NCBI GenBank assembly: GCA_963809485.1
Contig: CAWEJX010000020.1
Coordinates: forward strand, 224,001 to 288,000
Direction of reading: 5' to 3'
Source: an uncultured Acidobacteriota bacterium
GTDB taxonomy: Bacteria; Acidobacteriota; UBA6911
Length of the DNA: 64,000 bases
Shown here: one piece after another, positions 47,446 to 57,682 of the stretch
Layout: each line of letters starts with the position of its first letter
Position numbering within the stretch: position 1 is the stretch's first letter
Position numbers and translations under genes: made by a program
Notes under the pieces: generated by a model
The model's database searches: none
Told to the model about the DNA's origin: nothing
What the model saw: the letters and a program-made list of their open reading frames with translations, nothing else

Positions 47446-48144
47446 TTAAGCATGAGTCTCGATGGACGCTTCATCCACCCAGATTCCGGGACTCATGGTA
47501 GAAGAAATAGAAATGCTCTTCACGTATTTACCCTTGCTGCTTGCAGGTTTGGCCCTGAGGACGGCCTCGATCAGGGCTTTGGCGTTTTCATACAGGTTCT
47601 TCTCTTCAAACCGGATTTTTCCGCACGGCGCATGAATAATCCCGGTCTTGTCGACACGGAACTCAACCTTGCCGGCCTTAATCTCCCGGATAGCTTTCGC
47701 CACCTCGAAAGTCACGGTTCCCGTCTTGGGGTTGGGCATGAGGCCGCGAGGGCCCAGCACCTTTCCCAGCTTGCCGACACTGCGCATCATGTCAGGCGTC
47801 GCAACCACAGCGTCGAAATCCATCCAGCCGCCGGATATTTTTTCAACGATATCGTCGCCCCCTACTTCGTCGGCCCCGGCATCCCGGGCCTCTTTGACTT
47901 TTTCGCCGGAGGCGATCGCCACGACCCGCTTGCTTCTGCCCAGTCCGTTGGGAAGCACGACCGTTCCGCGCACCATCTGGTCCGCATGCTTCGGATCGAC
48001 TCCCAGCTTCATCGATATTTCAACCGTCTCGTCAAACTTGGCATAGGCGATTTTCTTGAGCAGCGGCACCGCCTCGTCGAGACTGTAAAGCTTCCTATCC
48101 CGGGCAGCGGCGGCCTTCGTATAATTTTTCCCCGCTTTAGGCAT
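47446..48144 (-). CDS. rplA: 50S ribosomal protein L1
   Basis: [25 protein letters not shown]. Confidence 0.97.
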   Translation of the reverse strand: MPKAGKNYTKAAAARDRKLYSLDEAVPLLKKIAYAKFDETVEISMKLGVDPKHADQMVRGTVVLPNGLGRSKRVVAIASGEKVKEARDAGADEVGGDDIVEKISGGWMDFDAVVATPDMMRSVGKLGKVLGPRGLMPNPKTGTVTFEVAKAIREIKAGKVEFRVDKTGIIHAPCGKIRFEEKNLYENAKALIEAVLRAKPASSKGKYVKSISISSTMSPGIWVDEASIETHA

Positions 48145-48196
48145 TGCATCCCACCTCGTATATTACAGGCCGGCTCCGCAGGAGCCCTGCCCTGAA

Positions 48197-48622
48197 CTAC
48201 TTTTCGACTTCAACCCCCATGCTGCGGGCAGTGCCCAGCACAATTTTAACAGCAGCGTCAATGTCCGAAGCATTGAGGTCCGGCATCTTCAGCTGGGCGA
48301 TTTCCCGCACATCCTTCATGCTGACCTTGCCGACCTTGTTTTTATTGGGCTCCCCGGAGCCCTTCGCAATATTGGCCGCTTTCTTCAGCAGCACGGCTGC
48401 GGGGGGGGTCTTGGTGACGAACGAATACGTCCGATCCGCGTAAACGGTCACAACGACCGGGATAATCAGTCCCTCCTGCTTGGCGGTCTTGGCGTTGAAT
48501 GCCTTGCAGAAATCCATGATGTTCAGGCCGTGGGGTCCCAGAGCCGACCCCACCGGGGGCGCCGGCGTCGCTTTTCCAGCCGCCACCTGCAGTTTGACGT
48601 TTGCCACTATCTTTTTTGCCAT
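48197..48622 (-). CDS. rplK: 50S ribosomal protein L11
   Basis: [22 protein letters not shown]. Confidence 0.97.
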   Translation of the reverse strand: MAKKIVANVKLQVAAGKATPAPPVGSALGPHGLNIMDFCKAFNAKTAKQEGLIIPVVVTVYADRTYSFVTKTPPAAVLLKKAANIAKGSGEPNKNKVGKVSMKDVREIAQLKMPDLNASDIDAAVKIVLGTARSMGVEVEK

Positions 48623-48667
48623 CGAAAAACTCCATGGGGACCGGCGTTCCAGCCGCCGGCTTCCTGC

Positions 48668-49204
48668 CTATGTCTTTTCCACCTGCTCGGTTTCCAGTTC
48701 TACCGGGGTAGCCCTTCCCAGGATGGTGAGCATCACTTTCAAGGTATTCCTGTCAGGGTTGACATCCTCTACCGTCCCCGTGAAGTCCTTGAAAGGCCCG
48801 TCGGTGATCTTCACCGGATCGCCGCGGTCAAACGTGAACTTCGGCTTGGGCTGTTCGGCCGTTACCGAAACCCTGTTGACCACCTCATTGATCTCCTCCT
48901 CTGTCAGAGGAGTAGGTTTTTTTCCGGTACTGATAAAACCCGTAACCTTGGGAGTGCCGCGCACTATGTGCCAGGCCTTATCCGTCATGTCCATTTCAAC
49001 GAGGATATAGCCCGGAAACGTCAGCTTGGTCGTAACGATCTTTTTCCCGCTTTTGGTCTCGACCACGTCCTCCGTGGGTATCAGGATCTGCCCGATGCAC
49101 TCTCCCAGGTCATAGGCTTCGATTCGGTTCATGAGGCTTTCCGCAACTTTGCGCTCATATCCCGAGTACGTGTGAATGATGTACCATTTCTTCGAACTAT
49201 CCAT
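48668..49204 (-). CDS. nusG: Transcription termination/antitermination factor NusG
   Basis: [21 protein letters not shown] domain. Confidence 0.97.
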   Translation of the reverse strand: MDSSKKWYIIHTYSGYERKVAESLMNRIEAYDLGECIGQILIPTEDVVETKSGKKIVTTKLTFPGYILVEMDMTDKAWHIVRGTPKVTGFISTGKKPTPLTEEEINEVVNRVSVTAEQPKPKFTFDRGDPVKITDGPFKDFTGTVEDVNPDRNTLKVMLTILGRATPVELETEQVEKT

Positions 49205-49213
49205 GTTCCCGCT

Positions 49214-49447
49214 TCAGAGTTGTGCCGAAAACGCACGGAAAAACAGGTTCCTGCCGAACTGCACGATAATATCTGCTGCAAATAGGTAGAATCCGAAGAA
49301 AAACACCGCCGCAATCACCACCAGGGTCGTTCCGGTCACTTCCCTCCGCCCCGGCCACGATACATTATTGAGTTCTTTCCGTGTATCCTTGACAAAATCA
49401 ATGATTCCGACGAACCATTTCCTTAATTTTTCCCAAAAATCTTTCAT
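49214..49447 (-). CDS. secE: Preprotein translocase subunit SecE
   Basis: ELNNVSWP plus a single TM; lies between tRNA-Trp and nusG. Confidence 0.93.
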   Translation of the reverse strand: MKDFWEKLRKWFVGIIDFVKDTRKELNNVSWPGRREVTGTTLVVIAAVFFFGFYLFAADIIVQFGRNLFFRAFSAQL

Positions 49448-49508
49448 TCGCTTAGCTCCGCAAACGTCCTGCAGGCAGCCTCGTCATTCGCGGCCGGGAG
49501 TACTAAAC

Positions 49509-49584
49509 TGGCAGGCCAGGAGGGACTCGAACCCCCAACATGCGGTTTTGGAGACCGCCGCTCTACCATTCGAGCTACTGGCCT
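49509..49584 (-). tRNA. tRNA-Trp (CCA)
   Basis: AGGCCAG...CTCCAAA...GGTTCGAGTCC...CTGGCCTGCCA cloverleaf. Confidence 0.96.
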
Positions 49585-49618
49585 GTACATATCCCTTTCC
49601 CCTATCGGGAGCTCGCGC

Positions 49619-49768
49619 TCAGCGTGTTTCCTTGTGCGGAGTATGAGCGCGGCAATGGTTACAGAATTTCTTAAGCTCCAACCGCTCCGTCGTCGTCTTC
49701 TTGTTCTTCGTAGACGTGTAGTTGCGGTTCCTGCATTTAGTGCATTCCAAAGTAATGATGTCTCGCAT
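49619..49768 (-). CDS. rpmG: 50S ribosomal protein L33 (Zn-binding C+ form; below the ORF-track size cutoff)
   Basis: [49 protein letters not shown]. Confidence 0.95.
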   Translation of the reverse strand: MRDIITLECTKCRNRNYTSTKNKKTTTERLELKKFCNHCRAHTPHKETR

Positions 49769-49780
49769 GGCTGCCCCGGT

Positions 49781-50968
<1,188 letters not shown>

Positions 50969-51067
50969 TTTCGCTTCTCCTGGCTGTGCGCCGGGTCATT
51001 TTGTTTTTATGTTCTAATACTTTACTTTCCGATATCCGACCGATCTCAAGTAAAACGATTCACTCAG

Positions 51068-51143
<76 letters not shown>

Positions 51144-51150
51144 TGGGTTT

Positions 51151-51216
51151 CCGCCTTCGCTCCGCTTCGGCGGACAGGCCCTCGAACATCGGGTCAGCCG
51201 GAGCTTTAGCGGAGGC
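51151..51216 (-). repeat. tRNA-3'-associated palindromic repeat (after tRNA-Gly)
   Basis: GCCTCCGCTAAAGCTCCGGCTG...CCGCCGAAGCGGAGCGAAGGCGG directly after CCA. Confidence 0.75.
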
Positions 51217-51292
51217 TGGAGCGGGAGACGGGACTCGAACCCGCGACCAATAGCTTGGAAGGCTATGACTCTGCCAACTGAGTTACTCCCGC
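51217..51292 (-). tRNA. tRNA-Gly (TCC)
   Basis: GCGGGAG acceptor, AGCCTTCCAAGCT anticodon arm, CCA. Confidence 0.96.
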
Positions 51293-51307
51293 TCTCTAAT
51301 CTCAATG

Positions 51308-51385
51308 GCCCGCCTGCGCTCCGCTTCGGCGGGCAGCCTTCGCCAAAATTCCGGCTTGCCAGCCAGCCGGAGCTTTGGCGAAGGC
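51308..51385 (-). repeat. tRNA-3'-associated palindromic repeat (after tRNA-Tyr)
   Basis: GCCTTCGCCAAAGCTCCGGCTG...GCCGGAATTTTGGCGAAGGC followed by CCCGCCGAAGCGGAGCGCAGGCGGG. Confidence 0.75.
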
Positions 51386-51473
51386 TGGTGGAGAGGGGAG
51401 GATTCGAACCTCCGTAGTCCCGAAGGACGCTGGGTTTACAGCCCAGTGCCATTAACCGCTCGACCACCTCTCC
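51386..51473 (-). tRNA. tRNA-Tyr (GTA)
   Basis: GGAGAGG acceptor, GGGCTGTAAACCC anticodon arm, long variable arm, CCA. Confidence 0.96.
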
Positions 51474-51646
51474 AAAAATCCGCAAGGCATGGGAACTGTC
51501 TGCAATGCTTTGGTCTTCCGCCAAAGTGGAGTCCAGGGAGCTTACAGGTGAGCCAGAACCGACTCGCGCAACCGTTTATCTAAACGAACCGCCGACAACC
51601 GCGTTCCGCAAATCCCAAGTTTTACAGCACTTACGTCTCTCGTTCC

Positions 51647-51722
51647 TGGAGCTGGCGAGAGGATTTGAACCCCCGACCCGCTGATTACAAATCAGCTGCT
51701 CTACCAGCTGAGCTACGCCAGC
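51647..51722 (-). tRNA. tRNA-Thr (TGT)
   Basis: GCTGGCG acceptor, CTGATTTGTAATCAG anticodon arm, CCA. Confidence 0.96.
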
Positions 51723-51737
51723 ATTGACAAAGTTTTT

Positions 51738-51766
51738 AGTCTAGCACGTGAAAACTGTCACTGCAA
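51738..51766 (-). promoter_or_regulatory. sigma70 promoter of the tRNA-tuf operon
   Basis: TTGCAG-17bp-TAGACT with TGn extension; AT-rich upstream sequence. Confidence 0.65.
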
Positions 51767-51981
51767 ATCAAAAATTAATAAATAACACAATCGGTTACCG
51801 TTTTTGGGGGGGCAGGGCAAAAATCCCGGGTTCCCTTGCCTCCTGCAAAGGCATCGGCGCTTTTTTCTCAGCAAATCAGCGCTGCCCGATCCTGGGATTG
51901 TCTAACCCCTGAATCCCCGGAAAAGTGCGGCATATCCGATGAAGTTACATGCCGCCTGTTCCGCAATCCGTTCCGATGGGG

Positions 51982-52206
51982 GTCAGGCACCTCCGGCAAA
52001 GCCGGAGGCAAGATTTGAACCGCTCAAAGCGGTTGGAGGAGCTACGCCGGTCTTGAACGCTGACTTACGCGGGCAAAAGCTGATGAGGCGCTTCCGACCC
52101 CCGCCGAACAAATCGGCATCTGTCAGCGCGTTTCTCGGCGTTTCAAAATACGGAGCTGTCAAACTCCTTGAGTCCCCCGGCAGAGCCGGGATTACCAATG
52201 TAATTA
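51982..52206 (-). mobile_element. Non-autonomous IS200/IS605-like palindromic element, copy 4 (225 bp)
   Basis: GTCAGGCACCTCCGGCAAAGCCGGAGG ... CCCCCGGCAGAGCCGGGATTACCAATGTAATTA. Confidence 0.87.
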
Positions 52207-52923
52207 TGCGTCCCTGGTAGCCCGTATCCGGAAGCCGAGAGAGTAGTTCCTCGTTCTATCCAGCCTGTCCAGGAAATACAGCACAATCGGGAAAAGCAAT
52301 CCGAAAAAAGGTGCCAACAAAAAGAACAGGATCCAGCGCCACCCTTTCTGAAAGTAACTCAAAAAATAAACGGAACGCCTCGCGCATACCCAGAAAAATC
52401 CCCCAATCGGGCTCAGCAGGTCAAGCCTGAAGGGAGAAGATTCAAAGAGCAGCCGCACTCCGTAGCGCGTAAACCGGAAATAATCGTGCGGAGCCTGATG
52501 CTCTTCCCAGAGGAATGGAACCACCATGACAAGCAGCCCGCCCGGCTTCAGCACCCTGGCAAATTCCAGAAGCACGTCGCGCGGATTGCGCGTATGTTCC
52601 AAAACCACCATGCACAGAACACAATCGACAGACGCGCCGAGGAGGGGGATTTTTTCCAGATCGCCCCGGATGTCAAGCTTCGAGTAATTCCAGGAACTGT
52701 CGCCATAGCCGGCATCCAAAGCGATATAGCGCGCCTGTTTGAAGTTTATTTTATGCCGCGCCTCGCCGGCGCCGGCGTCGAGCACTATCTGGCCTTCCCT
52801 CAGTCGGTCCGAAGCGTATCGAACCTCAGACTCGATCAGGTCCTGTACCGGATCCAGCCAGGCGATCACGGACCGGGGCAGCACCTGTTCGGCAAACGAT
52901 TTGATCCGGGAATTCAGTGCCAT
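52204..52923 (-). CDS. Class I SAM-dependent methyltransferase
   Basis: VLDAGAG, VLEH, RVLKPGG and PHDYFRFT motifs. Confidence 0.9.
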   Translation of the reverse strand: MALNSRIKSFAEQVLPRSVIAWLDPVQDLIESEVRYASDRLREGQIVLDAGAGEARHKINFKQARYIALDAGYGDSSWNYSKLDIRGDLEKIPLLGASVDCVLCMVVLEHTRNPRDVLLEFARVLKPGGLLVMVVPFLWEEHQAPHDYFRFTRYGVRLLFESSPFRLDLLSPIGGFFWVCARRSVYFLSYFQKGWRWILFFLLAPFFGLLFPIVLYFLDRLDRTRNYSLGFRIRATRDA

Positions 52924-52940
52924 CGGGATTTACCTGTGCG

Positions 52941-53732
52941 CTACCGGCGGAATATGGTGCCGTGATGATGCCTGCTAATGACGTCGGTCAGCTTTCTTTC
53001 GAGAAACCTGCAATGGCCCAGTCCCAGGCGCTGGAGAAGGAAGCGCATCATGACACCCACCGTCTTCAATCCGTAAATTGTGCTTACCTTGAAGTTGACG
53101 CTCGAGGCTTCCGGGAAATAGCGCGCCTGGACAGGGATTTCGCTGATTTTGAAGCCGAAGTAGACGGCCTGCGCGATCATCTGAGAATCAAAGACAAAAT
53201 CGTCCGAATTCAGCAGGAATGGGACCGTGGACAGCAGGTTCCGGCTGTACGCGCGAAATCCGCTGTGGCAATCGGTCAGGTGCGTTCCATAAACGATGTT
53301 TTCCGCTAAAGTAAGCACGCGGTTGGCCACGAACTTATAGATAGGCATGCCTCCCTCGAGGGCGCGTCCGTTAAGGATGCGGGAGCCCATGACCATATCG
53401 GCCTGGCCGGAAAGGATCGGCGCCACAAGTTCGGGGACGAGCCTCGAATCATACTGGTGGTCGGGATGGAGCATCACGACCACCTCGGCGCCTTCCTTTA
53501 GGGCCTCGAGATAGCAGCTCTTCTGGTTCCCGCCGTATCCGCGGTTCTGAATGTGGATGATGACCGACAGTCCGAGCGCGCGGGCGATTTCCACCGTTTG
53601 ATCCTGGCTGACATCATCGACGAGTATGATTTTGAAAACCTTGTCTTTGGGAATGTCCGAATAGGTCTTCTCAAGCGTCTGGGCGGCATTATAGGCCGGC
53701 AGCACAATTACAATTCGAGCATCGGTACTCAT
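52941..53732 (-). CDS. Glycosyltransferase family 2 (DPM-synthase-like)
   Basis: VLPAYN, LVDDVSQD, NRGYGGNQK, HPDHQY and SGFRAY motifs. Confidence 0.92.
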   Translation of the reverse strand: MSTDARIVIVLPAYNAAQTLEKTYSDIPKDKVFKIILVDDVSQDQTVEIARALGLSVIIHIQNRGYGGNQKSCYLEALKEGAEVVVMLHPDHQYDSRLVPELVAPILSGQADMVMGSRILNGRALEGGMPIYKFVANRVLTLAENIVYGTHLTDCHSGFRAYSRNLLSTVPFLLNSDDFVFDSQMIAQAVYFGFKISEIPVQARYFPEASSVNFKVSTIYGLKTVGVMMRFLLQRLGLGHCRFLERKLTDVISRHHHGTIFRR

Positions 53733-53844
53733 GGCGTCAATCCGGATTGCCTGGGTTCTGCTTCATCGGCCGCTCGCCGCTCCAAGAAGATTTTCCGGGG
53801 CAACCGATCGGCATTGAAGCAAAATCTGTCGTGTTTCAAACCTG

Positions 53845-54582
53845 CTATTTATCCACCCGGCTGTTGTTAATCAGGTACTTGGCCGCGACGGCTTCAAAAG
53901 GGTAGGCTGGAGACAAGCCTTCTTTCAACCGGCGCAATACTTCGAGATCGGACTGCCAGGCCATGTCGTCGCGAGCAAGCAGGCAGATGGTGTCGGGTCT
54001 CCGTTCCATGCTGAGCTTGTTTTCTCTGAAATAGTAATAGTTGTCGCTTGGCTCAACAGGGTAGGTTCGCATCAGGGGCGGCATATCGTCGGGCTTGAAC
54101 CAAAGCTTAATTTCCCGCTCCGCCTCCTCGACCGTTGCGGAAGCATGGATGAGGTTGTCCATGCGTTCTCCGATCATTTTTCCTGCGCCATCCGTAAGGG
54201 GCACCACGGTACCCAGCGCGCGGATACAGCCGGGTTTGTCTGCCCGGGCGACATGAGGATTGGTCGGACCCGCAATTTCCCGTATTTTGGCGACAGCGCC
54301 GGGGCCTTGATAAACAATGGCGATGACTCTTCGTTTTATCGGATCCTCCGGGTAATGAATCTTGCCTGTTATGTAATCCAGGAGCGATTCATAAAACACC
54401 TTGCCGCGGTGCTCGGCATAGTGTTCTCCGGCAAGCATATCGCTGACATGCACAATTTTTGTAGCCGAAAAATGCAGCCCTGTGTGAAATTCCGATAGCT
54501 GGGAGAGCAGATAACCGGTCAGGGAATTCTTGAGCGCATCCGGTTTGATCAGCACAAGCGTCTGTTCGAGTTTTTTATCCAT
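53845..54582 (-). CDS. ndk: Nucleoside-diphosphate kinase with C-terminal extension
   Basis: EQTLVLIKPDA, HYAEHRGK, GPTNP...PGCIR, NLIHAS...AEREIKLWF. Confidence 0.88.
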   Translation of the reverse strand: MDKKLEQTLVLIKPDALKNSLTGYLLSQLSEFHTGLHFSATKIVHVSDMLAGEHYAEHRGKVFYESLLDYITGKIHYPEDPIKRRVIAIVYQGPGAVAKIREIAGPTNPHVARADKPGCIRALGTVVPLTDGAGKMIGERMDNLIHASATVEEAEREIKLWFKPDDMPPLMRTYPVEPSDNYYYFRENKLSMERRPDTICLLARDDMAWQSDLEVLRRLKEGLSPAYPFEAVAAKYLINNSRVDK

Positions 54583-54771
54583 AAGTCCTGTCCTTTGGGG
54601 AAGTGTATTCGATTACCTCAATTGTATCTCATAACCATTGAGAATAGGTTCAGAGTTCTCAACAAAGGTCTTTGGGCTCTTGTCCCCAGCCTTGAATGCC
54701 TTGTCTGATGGCCTGCCTCGTTTCGCCACGAATTCCCTTAATAAATAAACGAGGCCTTCGGATTCCCGATG

Positions 54772-55800
54772 CTAAGCCCGGCCCCGGCTTCGCCGGGCAT
54801 AAGCCCAGATTGTGCCGCCGCAGCCCGAAGCGCTTTCGAAAAGAGCCGGCGGAAGCGCGAGCAAAAACGCTCCCAAATAGGCAATTTCCGCAGCGCCGCT
54901 CAATATCGGGCTCGAATCCGGCTTTCGTCCCTTTCGCCCGATTGGATCCAGCCACGGCAGCAGGCTGGATGCGATGGAAGCAGGATTATCGCGGAGAGAA
55001 AACCGCGGAACAAGCCGAAAATCGAGCCCCGATTCCCTCAACAGAAGGCCAAGAGCGCCGGGGCTGTAATTGATAGTGTGCCTGGGCACATCGAGGCCAT
55101 ACCATCGTTTTCCGAACAGGCGTGCCTGAATGGAACGAACATTGGGCACCTGGAGGATCAGGGTCCCGGCCGGCTTGAGCAAATCCGCCGCATACCGGAG
55201 ACCCTGTGCCGGATCCGGGAGATGTTCCAGGACATGAAACATCGTGATGAAGTCAAATCGGCAGTCCTCCCAGACCCGGCTGCCGATGGCTCCATGACGC
55301 ACAGGATGTCCGTACTGTTTGCCCGCAATCTCGACCGCCCGGGCGGAAGTATCCATACCGTGAGGGACAAAGCCCTGCAAGCCGGCGAGATGCAAAAACG
55401 TTCCGCTTCCGCAGCCGATGTCGAGCAGAAGCTTTTCACCCTCCCCATTCCTGCGGGCGCAGTACTTTAGAAAACGCACATGGTCCCTCAGGACAAATTC
55501 GCGATACGCAGTCTCGAGGCGGCGCAAAAGGCGCTCGGCCGCGCGTCCGGTCCGGGGACTCCCGGACCACCAGTATTGCTGCGGATAAAACCCACTCAAC
55601 GTCGAATGGTCCGGCATCGGGTGCTGGAAAATGCAGCCGCATCCCGCGCACCGGTACAGGTCGAAAAAACCGCGGGCGCGTTCAAAAAGGCGGTCATATC
55701 CCCGGGCCCAGGCAGCGCATTCCGTCGCATGGCATATGGGACAGGCGGCGGTCCCGGGGGGGAAATTTACCGGGTTTTGAAACACATCGTGGGAATTCAC
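54772..55800 (-). CDS. Class I SAM-dependent methyltransferase with N-terminal CxxC motifs
   Basis: CPIC/CAGC, LLDIGCGSG, FHVLEH, DVPRH. Confidence 0.88.
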   Translation of the reverse strand: MNSHDVFQNPVNFPPGTAACPICHATECAAWARGYDRLFERARGFFDLYRCAGCGCIFQHPMPDHSTLSGFYPQQYWWSGSPRTGRAAERLLRRLETAYREFVLRDHVRFLKYCARRNGEGEKLLLDIGCGSGTFLHLAGLQGFVPHGMDTSARAVEIAGKQYGHPVRHGAIGSRVWEDCRFDFITMFHVLEHLPDPAQGLRYAADLLKPAGTLILQVPNVRSIQARLFGKRWYGLDVPRHTINYSPGALGLLLRESGLDFRLVPRFSLRDNPASIASSLLPWLDPIGRKGRKPDSSPILSGAAEIAYLGAFLLALPPALFESASGCGGTIWAYARRSRGRA

Positions 55801-56525
55801 CCCTGTTTCTCCTTTGTTTCGGCAGACGTCAGGGGCGATTTCGAGCGTGATGCAAGCCCGAACCGCTTGCGCAAAAGGAAGGAGAGGTTTTTGAATCCGT
55901 CCCGCCAGGGCTGAAGTTTAATTTCTCCCATTCTGGTGGAGTAGTCGATATAAATTTCCTTGAACCCGATCCGCTTGCGGGTGATGGCTTCGATCTTAAT
56001 CTCTTCGCTGAAGGCCATGCCGTCACTGACAAGCTGCATTTCATCCAGGCTTGACCGTTCAAAAACCCACATCCCGGACTGTGAATCCCGGACCCAGCGG
56101 AAGTAAAGAATCGACATGGCCAGGCTCAACAGCCTGTTCCCCATCCAGTGTTTGAGCGACATCGCCTGGCGGTTTTTGAGCGGAAATCTGGATGCGGAGA
56201 GGAACCGGACTTCCGAATGAAGGAATGCTTCCAGAAGATACGATATGGCGTCGGGAGGGTAGGAGTGATCGCCGTCGAGCGTGACAATGATGTCGCCGCG
56301 CGATTGCACCAGGCCCGTTTTATAGGCGCGGCCATAGCCCCGGACCTCTTCGTGCAAGACGCGGGCTCCGCGGCTCCTGGCCAGTTCCGCCGTGCGATCG
56401 GTGGAGTTATTGTCGACCACAATGACTTCATCAACGAAGGAAGGCATGCGCGCCAGGACCTCGACGATGCCTTTTTCCTCGTTCAGGCAGGGAATGACCA
56501 CCGTAATACGGCGATTTCTGTACAC
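55797..56525 (-). CDS. Glycosyltransferase family 2 (DPM-synthase-like)
   Basis: VIPCLNEE, VVDNNSTD, GYGRA, DGDHSY and DSQSG motifs. Confidence 0.92.
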   Translation of the reverse strand: MYRNRRITVVIPCLNEEKGIVEVLARMPSFVDEVIVVDNNSTDRTAELARSRGARVLHEEVRGYGRAYKTGLVQSRGDIIVTLDGDHSYPPDAISYLLEAFLHSEVRFLSASRFPLKNRQAMSLKHWMGNRLLSLAMSILYFRWVRDSQSGMWVFERSSLDEMQLVSDGMAFSEEIKIEAITRKRIGFKEIYIDYSTRMGEIKLQPWRDGFKNLSFLLRKRFGLASRSKSPLTSAETKEKQG

Positions 56526-56619
56526 GGGACGCGATCATAGCGCAGGCGGATGTTGGTGGCAAGTTGGCATAAGCTCATCGTGAAGGCCGGAACCGGAATT
56601 TCCATCGGTGTCGGGCTGT

Positions 56620-56648
56620 TTGACTGGATCGTAATAGAACGCTATTAT
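56620..56648 (+). promoter_or_regulatory. sigma70 promoter of ssrA
   Basis: TTGACT-17bp-TATTAT, 21 bp upstream of the mature 5' end. Confidence 0.75.
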
Positions 56649-56669
56649 TATATTGATGATTCAGAACAT

Positions 56670-57015
56670 GGGGGTGAACTGGATTCGACGGGGGTCAAGA
56701 GGCAGCAGAGGCATGTCGAGTTGTCCGCGACTCGTAAAAATCGTGGAATTAAACATAACTGCTGACACTCAGTTAGCACTGGCCGCTTAAGCGGTCACGT
56801 CTCGCCGCTCTTGCCTGCGGGGGCGGGCCGAGGCGTCACACAGCAGGATAGGTTGGGATTCGAGCCCTGGGATTCCGGCCGAAACCAAAGGGGCTAGCGG
56901 GTGCGCGCTCCTGCCGGTCCGAACGTAGCGCCTGCGAAACTTAACGGATCGGATACGCATGTAGGCTCTGCTCGCTGAAGTTCTTCGGACGCGGGTTCGA
57001 TTCCCGCCACCTCCA
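56670..57015 (+). ncRNA. ssrA: tmRNA; tag reading frame 56761-56790 = (A)ADTQLALAA
   Basis: 5' GGGGGTGAACTGGATTCGACGGGG; 3' GGACGCGGGTTCGATTCCCGCCACCTCCA; tag ending LAA-stop. Confidence 0.96.
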
Positions 57016-57018
57016 TCA

Positions 57019-57064
57019 GCCTTCGCTAAAGCTCCGGCTGACAAGCCGGAGCTTTGGCGAAGGC
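57019..57064 (+). repeat. tRNA-3'-associated palindromic repeat (after tmRNA)
   Basis: GCCTTCGCTAAAGCTCCGGCT-GACA-AGCCGGAGCTTTGGCGAAGGC hairpin. Confidence 0.8.
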
Positions 57065-57147
57065 GTGCTCCAACCGAACATTCCCGCATTTTTATTGGCT
57101 CAGTTCATATCTGATTCATCAGGTAAGCTACCTGCAGGGAGGCGTAA

Positions 57148-57666
57148 TCACTTCATAATCCTGGGAAACAGCCGGCCTGTGCGCGAAGCATACTGCCTGT
57201 ACTCGTCGCCAAAAACCGCTGTCATCATTTTTTCTTCCTTGGGAACAAGGATCGAGTAGAAAAAATATAGAATGAAGGGCACGAGAAGCAGAACCCAGGA
57301 ATTAAGAGCAAGGGCCATGCCCGGGAAAACCAGCCATATTCCACCGGCGTACATGGGGTGTCGCACAAATTGAAAGGGCCCAGTTGTGCAGAGCCGGCTT
57401 TTGCGCCACCACAGCCTGATGGTGTGGAGACACCAGGTGTGCCAGCAGATCCAAGTTCCGATGAGGATATAGCCGAATGCTTTTATGGGTCCGCCCGGAA
57501 CCAATATCTCCGCACGACCTAACCGCCTGTCCAGAAGCCACAAAATCCCAAAAAGAGCCAGACCTATCACCAACCCTATTGGGCCAATCCCAAAGAGCTT
57601 CTGATATCTGCTGATTTCCTGTTGTCTCAACACGATGCGGCTCCCATCGAAGGAAAGGTTGGGCAT
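57148..57666 (-). CDS. ICMT/PEMT-family membrane methyltransferase-like protein
   Basis: LCTTGPFQFVRHPMY...EEKMM..FGDEY..Y..RTGRLFP. Confidence 0.85.
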   Translation of the reverse strand: MPNLSFDGSRIVLRQQEISRYQKLFGIGPIGLVIGLALFGILWLLDRRLGRAEILVPGGPIKAFGYILIGTWICWHTWCLHTIRLWWRKSRLCTTGPFQFVRHPMYAGGIWLVFPGMALALNSWVLLLVPFILYFFYSILVPKEEKMMTAVFGDEYRQYASRTGRLFPRIMK

Positions 57667-57682
57667 TGGGCCGCCACTGCCT

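Noticed and set aside
46855-48195. 446-aa plus-strand ORF
   Set aside because: Antisense to rplJ/rplA.
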